The notes beneath the pieces are model-generated. The model worked only from the letters and a program-made list of their open reading frames with translations. It had not been told where the DNA came from and made no database searches. From Camelus ferus (lineage: Eukaryota), in assembly GCF_009834535.1 (NCBI RefSeq), contig NC_045697.1, positions 73,782,001 through 73,846,000 on the forward strand: a stretch of DNA of 64,000 nucleotides, written 5' to 3'. The number at the start of each line of letters is the position of its first letter. Position 1 is the stretch's first letter. The position numbers were made by a program, and so were the translations under genes. This document shows, piece by piece, positions 60,001 through 64,000 of the stretch.

Positions 60001-63000
60001 TGAACTTTAAAATAAGGAGACAGGTAAAATACTAAATTATGTTTCTGTTCACTCAGACACAGCCATTGGATACTCTGCTGAAAGGATCATACCGTAATTT
60101 TATTTGGATGTAGACTGTTACTTTGCAGACAGTTTGCCTATTTAGTGTACTTCTAGTGGTTGTTGAATCCTCTCTCATAGTATTCCCATAGGCACTGAAG
60201 TAAATGAACAGAGAAAAAGAGAAGCCTTAGGATGAGAATGGTAGAACGTGCATTTAGGATGCATTGTTCTGGTTACAAAACTTGCCCTAAATTTACCTAG
60301 GCACGGCAGTTAATTTTGATTCTGTCCTCAGGTCAGGAGCTACTGAAAGAAGGAAAGAAATGTGTTGGAGCTTGGTCATTTCCTCCAGCTCTTCCCACTA
60401 ATTTTTTTTTTTTTTGTGGTGTCTGGGGAGGGGATGGGGAGTGGGACAAGGAAAAAAAATCTCGCTTAGGGAAAATTTCTCGACACCCACATGCTCTTTT
60501 TTAGGACCAAAGAAAAACACGAGGTTTCTCTTTGGAGCTTGTTGACACTTTCTCGCCTTCCGATTACACGCGGCCACATCAACATTTGACACATGGGTAC
60601 CGTGCGCATGGCAGTGCTATTTACAAACACCATCCTGGGATTCCAGAGACTCTTATGTAACAGCTGAGAGTACAGGCTTTGTGTGTCCGTGGGCGCGGGC
60701 GCAGAGGAATCAAACAGTTTAATTCATAGTCAGGGAGTCCTTGTCTGGCTCCGATGAGGTCATGAACCAGAGATCAAGATGTCTAGGTCAGGATCTGCCC
60801 CATATGCAGGTTTCCTACCAAAGCCTCAGAGACTGTGCCTTAATATAGGATTAATGTTTCATTTTCCTCCTGCAGAAAAACAGAACCAGTTATGTCAGAC
60901 TTTTTTGTGTGTGATTTTGGGAAATGTGGGCAAATTGTGCCTTGGTTCTGTTTGTAATTTATGGTGCACTTGTCCCTGCTGCCCAGCCTCACAAATGCTT
61001 TTTTTAAAAAATGTGTTTTCTTATTTGTAAACACCTTCAGATGCAAGAGAATTCATAAACTGACTTGCCCAACTAGACTCTCTGACCACAGAATACTCAA
61101 AATTATTATTTGATCATCCTCCATACCCAGTCCTGTTCTGCCTGTCCCCATCCCTCCCCACCTCCCTTTTCAGTTCCCCATCACCACACCTCCCTCAACC
61201 CTCCTCTATTTTTAATTACATATTAAGGATTGTTGGGGTTTTTTTTTAATTAAATATCTATTTTTAGGGACTTGTTCTTCCTTTCTCAGATTGACTTTAA
61301 GAGTTTTCATTTATATTTATCATTTTTTAAAAAAAAGTCTCATTTAAAAAAAAACACCATGAATTTAAATATCCAATCCTGTGTAAATCTGGTATATGTT
61401 TCCTGATGCTTTTTTTCATTGTTAATTGTAAGCTGACTGATTGGAATATTTATAATATGAACAAATTTTGAGTTCTTTTTGTATTGCATTTTAGGGTCAT
61501 TTTGGACGGATGTCATCATTGATTATCCAAAAATAGAACCCTTCTTGCCTAACAAAGAATTGAAATTAGATCATCAAAAATGAACTTGTAGTGAATTAAA
61601 AAGTTGGCCTGTTTGAACTCTTCTTTCATAGAATATATTTTTTCCTAATTACACTATCTTATACTAGAGGAAAGATCAGAATCTTTGAAATATGGTACTG
61701 TAAATGGAAGGAATTTGTTTAACTTTTAAAAATAAAGGATTTCTTCCCCCAAGAGATAAACCAAACACCAAGTAATGTTTTGTATAAGAGAAATTTAGAT
61801 CTGGAATAATTTAGAGATTATCTGTCCAAATCTATTATTTATATATGAGGCTTAGAAATTAAGTTTTAGCTGTTTAACGTTTGAATCTGTTTCTTTTAGA
61901 AGAAATTATCAAAACAGTGACCTATTTAACCAACACAATGAAAGCTGAGGATAGGCATTTTTCATCTTTCTTGCTGAGTAAAAGTTCCTTCTGAATTTGA
62001 AAAGATATAACTTATTTAGTGGTTATCGGCTATCAATTGTACTTTTCTAATATGTTGAATTAAGATATGGTGAAAAGAGATTATAAGCTAAAAGAATTGT
62101 TTTCATTTGTTTATTTGTATGCTTTTCATTGTTTTGGCCTGAAGATGATGTATTTATCTTAATTACCCTAGACCCCAAATAGTGAGAGTTTGTGTGAAAT
62201 TACTTTCCCACTAAGGGCAGTGCCATATCTGAATGCTTCTGAGCTTTCACAGGGTTGATCTTATCCTTTATTAGAACATTAATATTTTCTCCTCTTCTTA
62301 TATACCTTTATTGGACAGTAAATCATGTATGCTTACAAGCTGAAAGTGCTCAGAATTTGATAAAGGTTATAAATTAATGCAGTTCTGCCAAGAAAGGGCT
62401 TAAATCTAACTTTGTTTGACTAGACTTTTGTTTTACCTGAAGTGGCAAGCATTCAGTAAACATCGATTTATTCAGTAGTCAGATGAGACTGACTCACAGT
62501 TGTCTCTATTATATCAAAACGATCGATTAACGTGCAGACATGTATCAAGAAGCAATGTGGAAATTTTAGGTTGTTTTCTCTTTCCAACTATCGTTGAGAG
62601 CGTGTATGAGTGAGCATTTGTGTGTGCACCCTCATTCAGTTTTGGACTTTAATATATGAGTTAAATCCTCTTAGGTAGAAATGGTTAAATATTAATTAAA
62701 CAAACCATAGTAAAACTGCCTGTGAATATAAAATGAAAAAATACTAATGTGATGCATTTTTCCAAATATCACGAAGGTGCACATGAAGGGTCTTTTATAT
62801 AAACTGCTTTCATATGGTTCCTTCAGAAGACTGCTGAAGAATCACATAGGCACTCACACATGAAAACAAACGGCCCGTTTGGTGATGTTAAGATTGGCGC
62901 CAGGGTGTTCCCTCTTGCGTAGGAGTTCCGGGTCATCCTGATGCCTTCCCATGTGTCAAGCGCACGTGGCTTCAATGTTTACACACACGAGTCCAGAGTT

Positions 63001-64000
63001 CTGAACACTAGTGATGTAACAGAGGGGGAAGGGGCGGTCTGTATCTCACAAACTGTTTAATGACCTGGGTCATGAATACTGATAGAGAATAAGAAGGCAC
63101 TCATTGTAGTAAAACTTGCCTGGAGGGAAAACAGCGGATGCTTAAAGGGGGCTTTTCCCCAACCCCCCACATTGTTTATTTTAAACTATGATTACCACCC
63201 GAAAGGAGCTTTCTACTTTGAACTTAAAATAGTAGCTTTTAACTCGGACAAGTGAGTAAGCGCTTTGGTATCCAACGACTGAAGGTGACGAAGCTCTAAA
63301 AAGTGTCACTCTCTTTCATAACCCAGCTGACTCAGACTCTTTTAGAAGCTATTATGGCAACTTACCCATCTCTAATAAAATGACTACATACCTGCATGGG
63401 AACAGACAAGTTGGGGTTAGAGCCACCATTTTCTCTGGTTTTGAAAAATTGTTTCTCATCTATTATTTCTATTTGTGAAAATATGCCATTCCTACTACAT
63501 ATAGAACTGCTTTTCAAAATCACTGGGTATGTTTGTATGGAACTACTTTAAGAAGCTTTATCTACAATACATGGGGGAATCCCCCTCTTATCTGGTACAA
63601 TCATGATAAAGGGTGAAAAAAGGTAAGTGATAATTTTGGAAAATATATACTAGTAAGGTGGTGGTCTTCATACAACTAAATACCAAGCAACTGTATTTAA
63701 ACATGGAAAAGTGTCTAAAAGGGTGAAAACATGTTATAAATGAGAAGAAGGAGTTTTCAATGAAAAAGTGCTCTATTACAAACTATGAACGTTTAAAAGA
63801 TATTTCAAACTCTTTCCTACTTGTAACAAATTATCCAAAACTTTTTAATCTACCTCTTTGGACTTTTAACAGATTTTTCTGGACTCTGGGTTTTATTTTG
63901 AGTGTGTGTATGTGTGTTTGAGTATGTTTTTATGTTACAGATCTGGCTGTGTGAACTAGAGAAGTTTCCTACTACTTACTACTAAGGTGGAAGATAGTGC

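Larger units (their letters stand above)
51393..64000 (+). other. TET2: TET2 intron 1 (continues beyond the window)
   Basis: Starts at the GT donor; AT-rich; neither exon 2 nor the coding start (MEQDRTNH...) is recognisable in the window. Confidence 0.75.

Noticed and set aside
1..64000. Prokaryotic-type systems (CRISPR arrays, operons, defence islands)
   Set aside because: The sequence is mammalian (SINE/LINE/LTR content, CpG depletion, CpG island), with no repeat-spacer array or gene-dense region

Overview
Mammalian non-coding genomic DNA, most likely camelid: it carries six copies of a tRNA-derived SINE matching the Vic-1 family. No protein-coding exon is supportable. The main landmark is a CpG island at ~50.3-52.3 kb holding what I recognise from memory of the human mRNA as the non-coding first exon(s) of TET2 (+ strand; main exon ~51099-51392, upstream alternative exon from ~50299), followed by ~12.6 kb of intron 1. 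The upstream ~50 kb is intergenic and repeat-rich: a decayed class III (ERVL-type) provirus with a tRNA-Leu-like PBS and a YIDD RT remnant carrying nested insertions, several solo LTRs with 4-bp TSDs, many 5'-truncated L1 3' ends with TSDs, MaLR LTRs, L2, MIR, hAT relics and microsatellites. The most notable observations are (1) three uORFs in TET2 exon 1 chained by two TGATG stop/start overlaps, (2) a perfect palindromic ERE ~29 kb upstream near FOX/GATA motifs, (3) candidate enhancers with NF-kB/AP-1/PU.1 and ETS/RUNX/GATA motif clusters, (4) additional splice signals in the island suggesting an extra 5'UTR exon and an antisense transcript, and (5) two closely spaced inverted repeat pairs. 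Gene identity and repeat family names are from recall, not database searches. Repeat boundaries without TSDs are approximate, and motif clusters are hypotheses only.
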